This document shows, piece by piece, positions 34,236 to 41,936 of a DNA stretch of 64,000 bases. Position numbers and translations under genes: made by a program. The notes beneath the pieces are model-generated. The model did no database searches. It was not told the origin of the DNA and saw nothing but the letters and a program-made list of their open reading frames with translations. The stretch covers positions 196,330 through 260,329 of the forward strand of contig CAZMPY010000005.1 of assembly GCA_964568665.1 (NCBI GenBank), written 5' to 3'. Source of the DNA: an uncultured Thermoplasmata archaeon (lineage in GTDB: Archaea > Thermoplasmatota > Thermoplasmata > UBA10834). Numbering within the stretch: the stretch's first letter is position 1; every line of letters begins with the position of its first letter.

Positions 34236-34691
34236 CTAGACCACGTTCTCCGCGATGTCCGTGGTGACGCGGTCGCAGTATATGCACCTGAGGGAGGCGG
34301 GCTTCTTCGACTCGACGACGAACTCCGTCTCCACCGGCTCGTTCTTGTTCGTTATGCAGCCGGGGTTGGAGCACCTCATGATGCCCTTGACGGAGTTGGG
34401 CACCTCGACCACGAACTTCTCGGCCACGTTGTAGTCCCTGATGATGTTGATGGTTGCGTTCGGCGAGATGAGGGCGATCTTGTCGAGCTCCTTGGGATCG
34501 AGCTCCCGGTCCTCGATCTTGACGATGTCCTTCCAGCCGACGCGCTTGCTCGGCACATGCATCAGGACGCTGACGGTCGAGTTGACGTCCTCCTTGACGC
34601 CCACTATCCTGAGGACCTTGAGCGCCATGCCCACCTGGATGTGGTCTATCACGGTCCCGTTCCTTATCGGTGTGACCTTGAACTCCTTCAC
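34236..34691 (-). CDS. pyrI: aspartate carbamoyltransferase regulatory subunit PyrI
   Basis: MKEFKVTPIRNGTVIDHI..., C-terminal Zn domain CSNPGCITN...RCIYCDR. Confidence 0.85.
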   Translation of the reverse strand: MKEFKVTPIRNGTVIDHIQVGMALKVLRIVGVKEDVNSTVSVLMHVPSKRVGWKDIVKIEDRELDPKELDKIALISPNATINIIRDYNVAEKFVVEVPNSVKGIMRCSNPGCITNKNEPVETEFVVESKKPASLRCIYCDRVTTDIAENVV

Positions 34692-35602
34692 TTCGATCCC
34701 CCCAGCACGAGCGACAGGAGCGCCATCCTGACCGGCACCCCGTTGAAGGCCTGCTCGAAGTACATCGCGTGCTCCGTCGCGTCGACCTCCGGCGCTATCT
34801 CCGTCACCCTCGGGAGAGGGTGCATGATGATCATGTCCCGCTTGACGTCCTTGAGCATCGCCAGGTCGATCCTGAACATGCCCGCGACCTTCTGATATTC
34901 CGCGGGGTCCGGGAACCGCTCCTTCTGGATCCTCGTGACATAGAGCACGTCCGCGTCCTTGATCGCGCTATCGAGGGACGAACTCATCTTCGGCTTGGTC
35001 CCCATGGCCTCGATGTGCTTGAGATGCTCCTTCGGCATCTGGAGCGTGGGCGGCGCTACGAAGGTCAGCTCCGCGCCGAACTTGGCGAGCGCCTCCGAGA
35101 GCGAGTGCACGGTCCTGCCGTACTTCAGGTCCCCGAGCACGACGACATGGTTCCCCTCGATCTTCTTCTTGGCCTTCTTGATCGTGAACAGGTCAAGCAT
35201 GGTCTGCGTCGGGTGCTGCCCCGCCCCATCGCCTGCGTTGAGCACGGGGTTGTTCGCGAAGTGCGCCGCGAGCCTGGCCGCCCCCTCCTGGGGGTGCCGC
35301 AGGACGATCGCATCCGAGTAGGCGTCGACCATCCTGATGGTGTCGGCGAGCGTCTCGCCCTTGGCGACCGACGACCCCTTGGGCTCGTCGAACCCGAGCG
35401 TCCTGCCGCCCAGGCGCGCCATGGCTGCCTCGAACGACAGGCGCGTCCTCGTGGACGGCTCATAGAACAGGGACCCGAGGATTTTCCCCTCGAGCATCTT
35501 GCTGTTCTCCTCCCCCTTTGCGATCGGGACCATCCTCTCGGCTATCTTGAGGACATGCTCGATCTGCTCCCTGGAAAAATCACGGATGGAGACTACATCC
35601 AT
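34688..35602 (-). CDS. pyrB: aspartate carbamoyltransferase catalytic subunit PyrB
   Basis: MDVVSIRDFSREQIEHVL...FYEPSTRTRLSFE...HPTQ...HPLP. Internal Met chosen by alignment (ATG 35623 alternative). TATA CTTATAAGG at 35645..35653. Confidence 0.85.
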   Translation of the reverse strand: MDVVSIRDFSREQIEHVLKIAERMVPIAKGEENSKMLEGKILGSLFYEPSTRTRLSFEAAMARLGGRTLGFDEPKGSSVAKGETLADTIRMVDAYSDAIVLRHPQEGAARLAAHFANNPVLNAGDGAGQHPTQTMLDLFTIKKAKKKIEGNHVVVLGDLKYGRTVHSLSEALAKFGAELTFVAPPTLQMPKEHLKHIEAMGTKPKMSSSLDSAIKDADVLYVTRIQKERFPDPAEYQKVAGMFRIDLAMLKDVKRDMIIMHPLPRVTEIAPEVDATEHAMYFEQAFNGVPVRMALLSLVLGGSK

Positions 35603-35784
35603 CCCCTGGAAACTTCCTGACATCAGGGACCTAATCGATTGACACCTTATAAGACTTTCAAATGATACGCTGGCGCTTTCATGGCTTCCGACAGCTCGCG
35701 CCAGCACTTGATGGCAACGGGGTCGCCGATTGGGCCCATTGACGGCCTTCGGAATCGACGGAAAACGAATATGCCGACCGATCG

Positions 35785-36144
35785 TCACACGAGGTCGAAG
35801 TCTTCGATCGCGCTGCGCATGTTCTCGAACCAATCGTCCGCGCACTTGTGAAGCTTCACCTTCAGCTGGGACGGATGCACCGCTGTATATACGTGGAAAT
35901 AGCCCCCGCGCTCGATCGTCTTCGTCTCCCTGAACGCGAGGCCGGCGGCGACTAGCTTCTGAAGCGCTCTGTAGACCGTGCTCCGGTCCTTCTTCATGGA
36001 AGGGGCGAGGTCATCCGCCTTGAGAGGCCCCTCCTTGACCAGTCGCCTGTAGATGAGCAACTCGAAATCGGAAAGGCCGTAGATGCACTTGACGATGTCC
36101 GTGCAGGTCGCCTGTCCCGAGAGGATCTTCTGCGGCTCAACCAT
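35785..36144 (-). CDS. TrmB/MarR-like winged-helix transcription regulator
   Basis: ...FELLIYRRLVKEGPLKADDLAPSMKKDRSTVYRALQKLVAAGL... Start set at Met 15; TAAGTATAATAA TATA-like lies ~25 nt upstream (leaderless). Divergent from the TusA/DsrE cluster. Confidence 0.6.
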   Translation of the reverse strand: MVEPQKILSGQATCTDIVKCIYGLSDFELLIYRRLVKEGPLKADDLAPSMKKDRSTVYRALQKLVAAGLAFRETKTIERGGYFHVYTAVHPSQLKVKLHKCADDWFENMRSAIEDFDLV

Positions 36145-36282
36145 GTTGCACGGTAGTGCCATTATTATACTTAACCGTTGCGACACACAGCGAGCCAGAC
36201 ATCCGGCCGTTCACAACGTGAAAATCTTTATTTACTGCCAAGGCAATCGGGTTTGCACGGTAATGCCAAAACCGCAGGAGAG

Positions 36283-36516
36283 ATGGTTGTGGACAAGGAC
36301 GCGACATTGGACGCGAAGGGGCTGATGTGCCCGATGCCGATAGTGCAGCTCGCCAAGAAGGTCAAGGGGATGACTTCCGGACAGGTCCTCGAACTCCTCG
36401 CCGACGATATCGGGGCAAAGGACGACATCCCCGCATGGTGCAGCAGGACCGGCAACCAGCTCATCCAGATGGAAGAGGACGGCAAACTCATCAGATTCTA
36501 TATACGCATCAAGTGA
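36283..36516 (+). CDS. tusA: TusA-like sulfur carrier protein (SirA/YedF/YeeD family)
   Basis: MVVDKDATLDAKGLMCPMPIVQLAKKVKGMTSGQVLELLADD CPxP motif. AGGAGAG RBS. Confidence 0.8.
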   Translation: MVVDKDATLDAKGLMCPMPIVQLAKKVKGMTSGQVLELLADDIGAKDDIPAWCSRTGNQLIQMEEDGKLIRFYIRIK

Positions 36517-36537
36517 CGACATGGAGACAACGAGGTG

Positions 36538-36948
36538 ATGGATATGGCAGACAAATTCTGTATGGTCGTGAGCGAGGGCGGTTTCGACAAGGCCATGATG
36601 CCGCTGATCATGGGCACGACGGCCGCGAGCATGGGTATGGAAGTGCATGTGTTCTACACGTTCTTCGGGCTGAACCTGCTGAAGAAGGGGAACAGGCCGA
36701 AGCTCCCGGGCATGATGAGGTTCTTCACGGGAATGATGGAGAAGAAGATGAAGAAACTGAACATCCCGAGCATCCAGGAGATGATGAAGCAGGCCCGTGA
36801 ACTCGATGTCAAGTTCTACGCCTGCAGCACATCCATGACCCTGATGGGCATGAAGGAGAGCGACCTGGTCGAAGGGACGAAGATCCTCGGGGCCTCGGCG
36901 TTCCTCAACCTGGCGGCTGACTCGAAGACGACCCTGTTCATCGGGTGA
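36538..36948 (+). CDS. DsrE/DsrF-like family protein (larger, 136 aa)
   Basis: ...FVVSEGGFDKAMMPLIMGTTAASMGMEVHVFYTFFG...FYACSTSM matches the DsrE-fold with conserved Cys. Confidence 0.6.
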   Translation: MDMADKFCMVVSEGGFDKAMMPLIMGTTAASMGMEVHVFYTFFGLNLLKKGNRPKLPGMMRFFTGMMEKKMKKLNIPSIQEMMKQARELDVKFYACSTSMTLMGMKESDLVEGTKILGASAFLNLAADSKTTLFIG

Positions 36949-36957
36949 GCGGATACC

Positions 36958-37257
36958 ATGAAGACCGCTTTCATCGTGATCAGATCACCGACGGAACTGG
37001 ACCCGACGCACATGATCGCGAGGCTCGCCGACAGGGCGGACTCGACCGCGATACTCTTCGAGGACGGCGTCTACCAGGCGCTGGTCGGAAACGCATCGGA
37101 GAGGCTCGGCAAGGCCGTGCACGAGGTACTTGTCTCTAGGGAGGACATGGAGGCCAGAGGGTTCACCCAGGCGGACCTGAAGCTCGGCGTGGCCGTCGGA
37201 TACGACGACATCGTGGACTGCATAATGGAGCGCACCGAGCGCACGGTGACAGTCTGA
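36958..37257 (+). CDS. DsrH/TusB-like protein
   Basis: 99 aa, MKTAFIVIRSP...ILFEDGVY..., C-terminal Cys (VDCIME). Confidence 0.55.
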   Translation: MKTAFIVIRSPTELDPTHMIARLADRADSTAILFEDGVYQALVGNASERLGKAVHEVLVSREDMEARGFTQADLKLGVAVGYDDIVDCIMERTERTVTV

Positions 37258-37266
37258 GGTGCTCAT

Positions 37267-37626
37267 ATGGCGAAGACAATGACTATAATCTGGAGGTCCG
37301 GCTCGATGATGGCGATGGACGTCAACATCGCGGTCAAGCTAGCGCAGGCGGCCAGGGCCAAGGGATACAAGGTCAACATGTTCGGATACGGGGAGGGCGT
37401 CACGGCCGTCAAGAAGGGCCAGAACCCGAAGCGCTTCCCGAACGTCGGTAAGGAGCTGGAGCAGGCCGCGAAGGACGGCATAGCCCAGGCCGTGTGCGAG
37501 ACCTGCTTCGCCGCCAGGGGCTTCGAACGCGGCGAGGAGATCCCGGGAGTGAAGGTCGGCAGCCTGACCAACGACCTGTTCAGGTTCGTGTCCGAGTCCG
37601 ACAGGCTCGTGACAATCGCGAGGTGA
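37267..37626 (+). CDS. DsrE/TusD-like protein
   Basis: ...GYKVNMFGYGEGV...AVCETCFAARG carries the active-site Cys of the TusD/DsrE type. Confidence 0.6.
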   Translation: MAKTMTIIWRSGSMMAMDVNIAVKLAQAARAKGYKVNMFGYGEGVTAVKKGQNPKRFPNVGKELEQAAKDGIAQAVCETCFAARGFERGEEIPGVKVGSLTNDLFRFVSESDRLVTIAR

Positions 37627-37633
37627 TGATGAC

Positions 37634-37990
37634 ATGGCAGGTTCCACACTGGTGCTGATAACAAGGCCGCCGTACGGGCTCGAGGAGGCCTTCGCCGGCC
37701 TCAGGCTGGCGCTGGCGATGAGCGTGAACGGGATGAAGACCTCGGTCCTCATGGTCGAGGACGGTGTGTACAACGCGGTCGGGACCCAGAGGGGCGACGC
37801 GGTCGGCATGCCGTCGAACATGGACGCCACGAAGGAGCTGTACGATTTCGACGTGCCCGTGTACGTCGTCAAGGAGGACCTCGCGGCGAGGGGCATACCC
37901 GAGTCGAAGCTGTTCGAGGGGCTCAAGCCGGTCCCTGTCGCCGAGGCCAGGAAGCTCATGGCCGAGCACGACGTCGTCACGACCTTCTGA
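37634..37990 (+). CDS. DsrF/TusC-like protein
   Basis: ...LVLITRPPYGLEEAFAGLRLALA...VLMVEDGVY... Followed by the GGGAGG-cgat-CCTCCC hairpin at 38002..38017. Confidence 0.55.
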   Translation: MAGSTLVLITRPPYGLEEAFAGLRLALAMSVNGMKTSVLMVEDGVYNAVGTQRGDAVGMPSNMDATKELYDFDVPVYVVKEDLAARGIPESKLFEGLKPVPVAEARKLMAEHDVVTTF

Positions 37991-38025
37991 AACCCCCATC
38001 CGGGAGGCGATCCTCCCATCCGGCC

Positions 38026-38034
38026 TTTTATACA
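38026..38034 (+). promoter_or_regulatory. TATA box (TTTTATACA) ~25 nt upstream of ArcS GTG (leaderless)
   Basis: Spacing places the transcription start at the start codon. Confidence 0.45.
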
Positions 38035-38054
38035 ACCTTGTCCAATCACTTGAC

Positions 38055-39776
38055 GTGCACTTCGAGATCGCAGAGCGGGACGGCCTGGCGAGGATAGGCA
38101 TCCTCGAGATAGATGGCGTCAAGCACGAGACGCCGGCGGTCGCCTACGTCGACAGCCAGAGGTACCGGGCCCCCGACCACGGACTCAAGGTCAGGACAGG
38201 GGAGGGCGACGCCAAGGGACACCTCGCGGTCGACAGCTCCCTGTTCGGGATACTCCAGGGCGTGAGGTCCGACGGGCTGCACCTGGACCCCGGGTCCCGC
38301 GGCTCGAGATACGCCCAGCCTGCACCGGCGGGCGACATGGTCATCTTGGAAGACATCTCCCAGGCCCTCCTCGACTCCGCGAAGTTCGTGGAGCAGGTCG
38401 TGAGGGTCAAATCAGGGGCCGACCTCGTCAAGCCGGTCTACTGTTCCACAATCGGCCTGCCGCACAGGCTCGCGCTGCTCGCGTACTGCGGCATCGACCT
38501 GTTCGACTCGGTGCCATTGATCATGGCCGCCGTGAACGGGCTCTACCTGACGACGACTGGAATCCTCCGGTACGACAGCGTCAAGGACCTCCCCTGCGCG
38601 TGCCCCGCCTGCGCCTCTGGCATGCGGACGAGGGACGAGCTGCTCAGACACAACTACTCGGTGGCGGAGAGCGAGGCGCGGCACGTGAGGCACGCGATAC
38701 GGACTGGCACACTGAGAGAGCTCGTGGAGGCCAGGGTCCGCGCGGACCCGTGGCTCGTGCAGGACCTCCGGCTGCTGGACATGCACCACTACGGGCTCCA
38801 GGAGATGCACGCGCCCATCAAGGGCGCGCCATTCCACGCGGGCTCCAAGGAGTCACTCGCTCGCCCGGACGTAATACGCTGGCAGAGGAGGCTCGAGGAG
38901 AGGTACGCCAGGCCGAGGTCGGCGAAGGTCCTAGTGCTCATCCCATGCTCCGCTAAGAAACCGTACTCCACATCCCAGTCGCACCTGAGGTTCAGGGAGG
39001 CGATCTCAGCGAGCGGGCGCAAGGACCTCGTGCACGAGGTCATCGTCACGTCGCCGCTGGGGCTGGTCCCCCGGGAACTGGAACTGTTCTACCCTGCGCA
39101 GGACTACGACATCCCCGTCACCGGCCACTGGGACAGGGACGAGAAGAAGCTGGCCGAGGAGATGGTCTCATGGCTCGTGTCCAGCCAGAAGTACGACCTG
39201 GTGATATCGCACCTCGGGGACGAGAGGGAGCCAGTCAACGCCGTCCTGGGCGACTTCATAGACACATCGCAGGGCGCCCCCGGGGCCAGGGACAGCCTCG
39301 GCCGCCTGACGGAGACGCTCAAGGAGCACGTCCCGGAGCCAGGCGGACAGGGATCGTGGGACCGCGACATAGACGACATGCGATCGCTGTGCAGGTTCCA
39401 GTTCGGGCCCGCTGGTGAAGCGATCTGCGAAGGCGCGAGGGTCGCCGGACGATGGCCATACCTCAAGATCGTGCGGGACGGCCTGCAGCTGGGGATGCTC
39501 ACCGGGGACAGGGGCATGATATCCCTGACCCTGGACGGAGGGAGGACACTCGCCGAGAGCGGAGCCTACACCGTCCAGATCGAGGATTTCAAACCGAAGG
39601 GAAACCTGTTCGCCGTAGGGGTAAAGGCGGCCAGTCCCGAAATCAGGATCGGGGACGATGTGGCCGTGGCGAACGGGAAGGACCTGAGGGCGGTCGGAGT
39701 GGCACGGATGAGCCCCGCCGAGATGAAGCTGGTTAAGCGCGGCGAGGCAGTCCACATACGGCATGTCGCCCCATGA
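38055..39776 (+). CDS. arcS: archaeosine synthase ArcS (TGT-like N-domain, PC-x3-KPY domain, C-terminal PUA)
   Basis: (M)HFEIAERDGLARIGILEIDG TGT-like start. Zn site CxCxxC (LPCACPACASG). ArcS-specific LIPCSAKKPYSTS motif. C-terminal PUA-like domain. The track's upstream extension overlaps the DsrF-like gene and is rejected. Confidence 0.8.
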   Translation: MHFEIAERDGLARIGILEIDGVKHETPAVAYVDSQRYRAPDHGLKVRTGEGDAKGHLAVDSSLFGILQGVRSDGLHLDPGSRGSRYAQPAPAGDMVILEDISQALLDSAKFVEQVVRVKSGADLVKPVYCSTIGLPHRLALLAYCGIDLFDSVPLIMAAVNGLYLTTTGILRYDSVKDLPCACPACASGMRTRDELLRHNYSVAESEARHVRHAIRTGTLRELVEARVRADPWLVQDLRLLDMHHYGLQEMHAPIKGAPFHAGSKESLARPDVIRWQRRLEERYARPRSAKVLVLIPCSAKKPYSTSQSHLRFREAISASGRKDLVHEVIVTSPLGLVPRELELFYPAQDYDIPVTGHWDRDEKKLAEEMVSWLVSSQKYDLVISHLGDEREPVNAVLGDFIDTSQGAPGARDSLGRLTETLKEHVPEPGGQGSWDRDIDDMRSLCRFQFGPAGEAICEGARVAGRWPYLKIVRDGLQLGMLTGDRGMISLTLDGGRTLAESGAYTVQIEDFKPKGNLFAVGVKAASPEIRIGDDVAVANGKDLRAVGVARMSPAEMKLVKRGEAVHIRHVAP

Positions 39777-40047
39777 GCCAGATTGTTTTTCCGAGCACTT
39801 TCGGCGACCCCCTCGCATCAGGCTATTAACCTCGATTTCACGTAGAACTCCTTGCGAAAGGTGACAGGAATGATAGAAGTGGATCACTACAGCTGGGAAG
39901 AGATGTATGACTTTCTGGGTTGCGACCCGGAGCTCGAACCAGCGCTTGACTATTGACTCCGTCCCAGATAGGTAGGACCGGTTTGCTCCCGCCTGCCTAT
40001 CACCCTCCCCCTCCAAGCAGGCCGCGCCATACAAGGCGTGAAGGACA

Positions 40048-40425
40048 TCATCCGATGGATCTGCGGCCTAGCGCGGTCATCGAATATACCCTCCATGTGC
40101 GCATCTTCTTTGCGCGGATCAGCCCAGCACGCTCCAGCACCTGGAGATGATAGGAGAGCTTCGACGACGGGACACCCGTGATCTCGCGCAGGAGGCAGGG
40201 GCATAGATCGGCCCTCGCCAGCGCCCACAGTATCTTGGTCCTCGTGAAGTCTGACAAGGCATGGTTGACCTTTGCCTGTAGCTTCAGCTCGGCGTCCGAA
40301 GGGATGCTGGCCAACAGTTTGGAGTACCCGCCCATCTTCGATACGCGCGAGGCGACGTCCGGAGGGACCTCGAGATGCTTCCGCCTTCGACCGCAACACG
40401 GCACCTCGATTCTCGTCGATGGCAC
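40048..40425 (-). CDS. arsR: ArsR/SmtB-family metalloregulator with As(III)-type CxC site
   Basis: HTH ...DFTRTKILWALARADLCPCLLREITGVPSSKLSYHLQVLERAGLI with a CPC pair in the recognition helix (as in ArsR ELCVCDL). GTG start gives an N-terminal PCCGRRRK extension. Confidence 0.7.
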   Translation of the reverse strand: MPSTRIEVPCCGRRRKHLEVPPDVASRVSKMGGYSKLLASIPSDAELKLQAKVNHALSDFTRTKILWALARADLCPCLLREITGVPSSKLSYHLQVLERAGLIRAKKMRTWRVYSMTALGRRSIG

Positions 40426-40448
40426 AACGGATAAATACGCACCTCGCT

Positions 40449-40468
40449 ATTTCAATTTTTGTTGAAAT
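40449..40468. promoter_or_regulatory. perfect inverted repeat ATTTCAA-N6-TTGAAAT (candidate ArsR operator) in the divergent intergenic region
   Basis: Seen directly in sequence between the ArsR gene and the 40490 gene start. Confidence 0.5.
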
Positions 40469-40489
40469 AATGCCCGTGGAAGTAACACC

Positions 40490-41017
40490 ATGGTAATGAC
40501 ACCGTGCTGCCCAGGCAGGAAGACGACGAAGCGGATCCTGGTCGGCGGTCAAGAGGTCGGGATATCGGACCTCGACGGGATCATCGCGGTCGCGCTGTCT
40601 TGCTCTGATGCGACTGATGACGATCTGAGGGCCATCCTCATCAGGGAACTCAGAAGGTGCAATTACGTCCCGTCCGAGGCGGAGACGGAATACGAGGAGG
40701 CCATCTGGCGTGAGTTCCAGCTCGCTCGCAAACGGGAGACCACTGAGAGGTCCGGACGGCCAGAGGTGATCGTGTACGGGACCGGGTGCGACCGGTGCGA
40801 CAACATGTCCCGGGCCGTCAACGAAGCGCTCGCAGCCGTTGGGATTCGAGCCGATGTGGTCAAGGTAACTGACCTCGAGAAGATGGTCGAACGACACATC
40901 GAGGAGGCGCCCGCCCTAAGCCTGAACGGACGGGTGGTCGTCTCCGGACGGGTGCCATCGAAGGAAGAACTCGAGGACATCATCAGACGAACACTTGGAG
41001 GCGCACGACATGGCTGA
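40490..41017 (+). CDS. two-domain thiol protein: N-terminal CC-motif domain fused to thioredoxin-fold CxxC domain
   Basis: N-terminus MVMTPCCPGRK... C-terminal half EVIVYGTGCDRCDNMSRAVNEALA...VVKVTDLEKM... has a thioredoxin-like fold with a CxxC site. Confidence 0.55.
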   Translation: MVMTPCCPGRKTTKRILVGGQEVGISDLDGIIAVALSCSDATDDDLRAILIRELRRCNYVPSEAETEYEEAIWREFQLARKRETTERSGRPEVIVYGTGCDRCDNMSRAVNEALAAVGIRADVVKVTDLEKMVERHIEEAPALSLNGRVVVSGRVPSKEELEDIIRRTLGGARHG

Positions 41018-41297
41018 GAAGTACGAGGGGTTCCCGAGAGAGGAGATCCCGTGGTATCCGACAATCGACCAAGGATTATGCACCGGCTGCGGCACGTGCG
41101 TCGAGTTCTGCCACAAGGGCGTGTACGCGAAAGGCGATAAGGTCGAGGTGAAGAACCCCTTCTCATGCGTTGTCGGATGTACTGGCTGCCTCAAGGGATG
41201 CCCGGAGGAGGCGATCTCGTTCCCCAGCATGAGAGATCTCGTCCTCGTGCTCAAGGATCTCGAGAAGAAGTACGGCAAGAGGGGGAAGGGGACCTGA
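41010..41297 (+). CDS. 2x[4Fe-4S] ferredoxin
   Basis: CTGCGTCVEFC and CVVGCTGCLKGCP. ATG overlaps the upstream TGA (ATGGCTGA). Followed by hairpin GGGAG-cctgcc-CTCCC. Confidence 0.8.
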   Translation: MAEKYEGFPREEIPWYPTIDQGLCTGCGTCVEFCHKGVYAKGDKVEVKNPFSCVVGCTGCLKGCPEEAISFPSMRDLVLVLKDLEKKYGKRGKGT

Positions 41298-41510
41298 GAC
41301 AGGACGCGGCGGGGGACGGGGGAGCCTGCCCTCCCGAGAGGGACCCAGCACGAAAATCTTAATAGAGTGGTAAGCGTTCGGCCTACTGGGACAACTGGGA
41401 TGCATAGCTGGTCCAGGGCGCGATTCGCCCGGGACCGGATCGAATGACAGTGCCAGGCAGAGGTAGCTGGGATGGGAACACGTGGCCCTGGCCTGAGAGC
41501 GTTGGCAAAC

Positions 41511-41927
41511 ATGTCCGGAGGTTTCGCGACGAGTGAACCCAGGCGGGGCGTCGGCAGAGCGGCCAGGGTCTTCGTCGTCGACGACGAGGAGTTCATAAGA
41601 GACCTCTACAAGGACATGTTCGAGTCGAACGGCCACACGGTCTTCTCGGCCAGAGACGGGGACGAAGCGCTGAAGATTCTCAAGACGATGCAGTGCAAAC
41701 CAGATGCCATCATAATGGACCACCGGATGCCTGGCAAGGACGGCATCGAGACGACGAGGGAGATAAGGAAGATGGACCCGACGATCCCCGTCATATTCTC
41801 AAGCGCAGACGAATCGATTCGCCAGGAGGCCCTCGAGGCCGGGGCCGTGTCCTTCTGGGCGAAACCGTTCCCGATACACCTTCTCATCAACGCGACCGTC
41901 GACATCGTGAAGGCGCGGGACAAGTGA
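41511..41927 (+). CDS. CheY-like response regulator receiver
   Basis: VFVVDDEEFIRDL...IIMDHRMPGKDG...VIFSSA...AKPF. Confidence 0.75.
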   Translation: MSGGFATSEPRRGVGRAARVFVVDDEEFIRDLYKDMFESNGHTVFSARDGDEALKILKTMQCKPDAIIMDHRMPGKDGIETTREIRKMDPTIPVIFSSADESIRQEALEAGAVSFWAKPFPIHLLINATVDIVKARDK

Positions 41928-41936
41928 GCGCGGGCA

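Noticed and set aside
34230-34240. Amber read-through (pyrrolysine) of the pyrI TAG into the ferredoxin
   Set aside because: Read-through in the pyrI frame gives Arg/Gly-rich nonsense (the 33879..34187 track ORF), not the ferredoxin frame.
39900-40047. tRNA-like T-arm (CUGG-UUCGAGC-CCGG)
   Set aside because: No matching acceptor or anticodon stems could be built.
39950-40897. 315-aa minus ORF spanning the ArsR operon region
   Set aside because: It crosses the ArsR gene, the palindromic promoter and the antisense of the Trx-fusion gene. Composition-driven.
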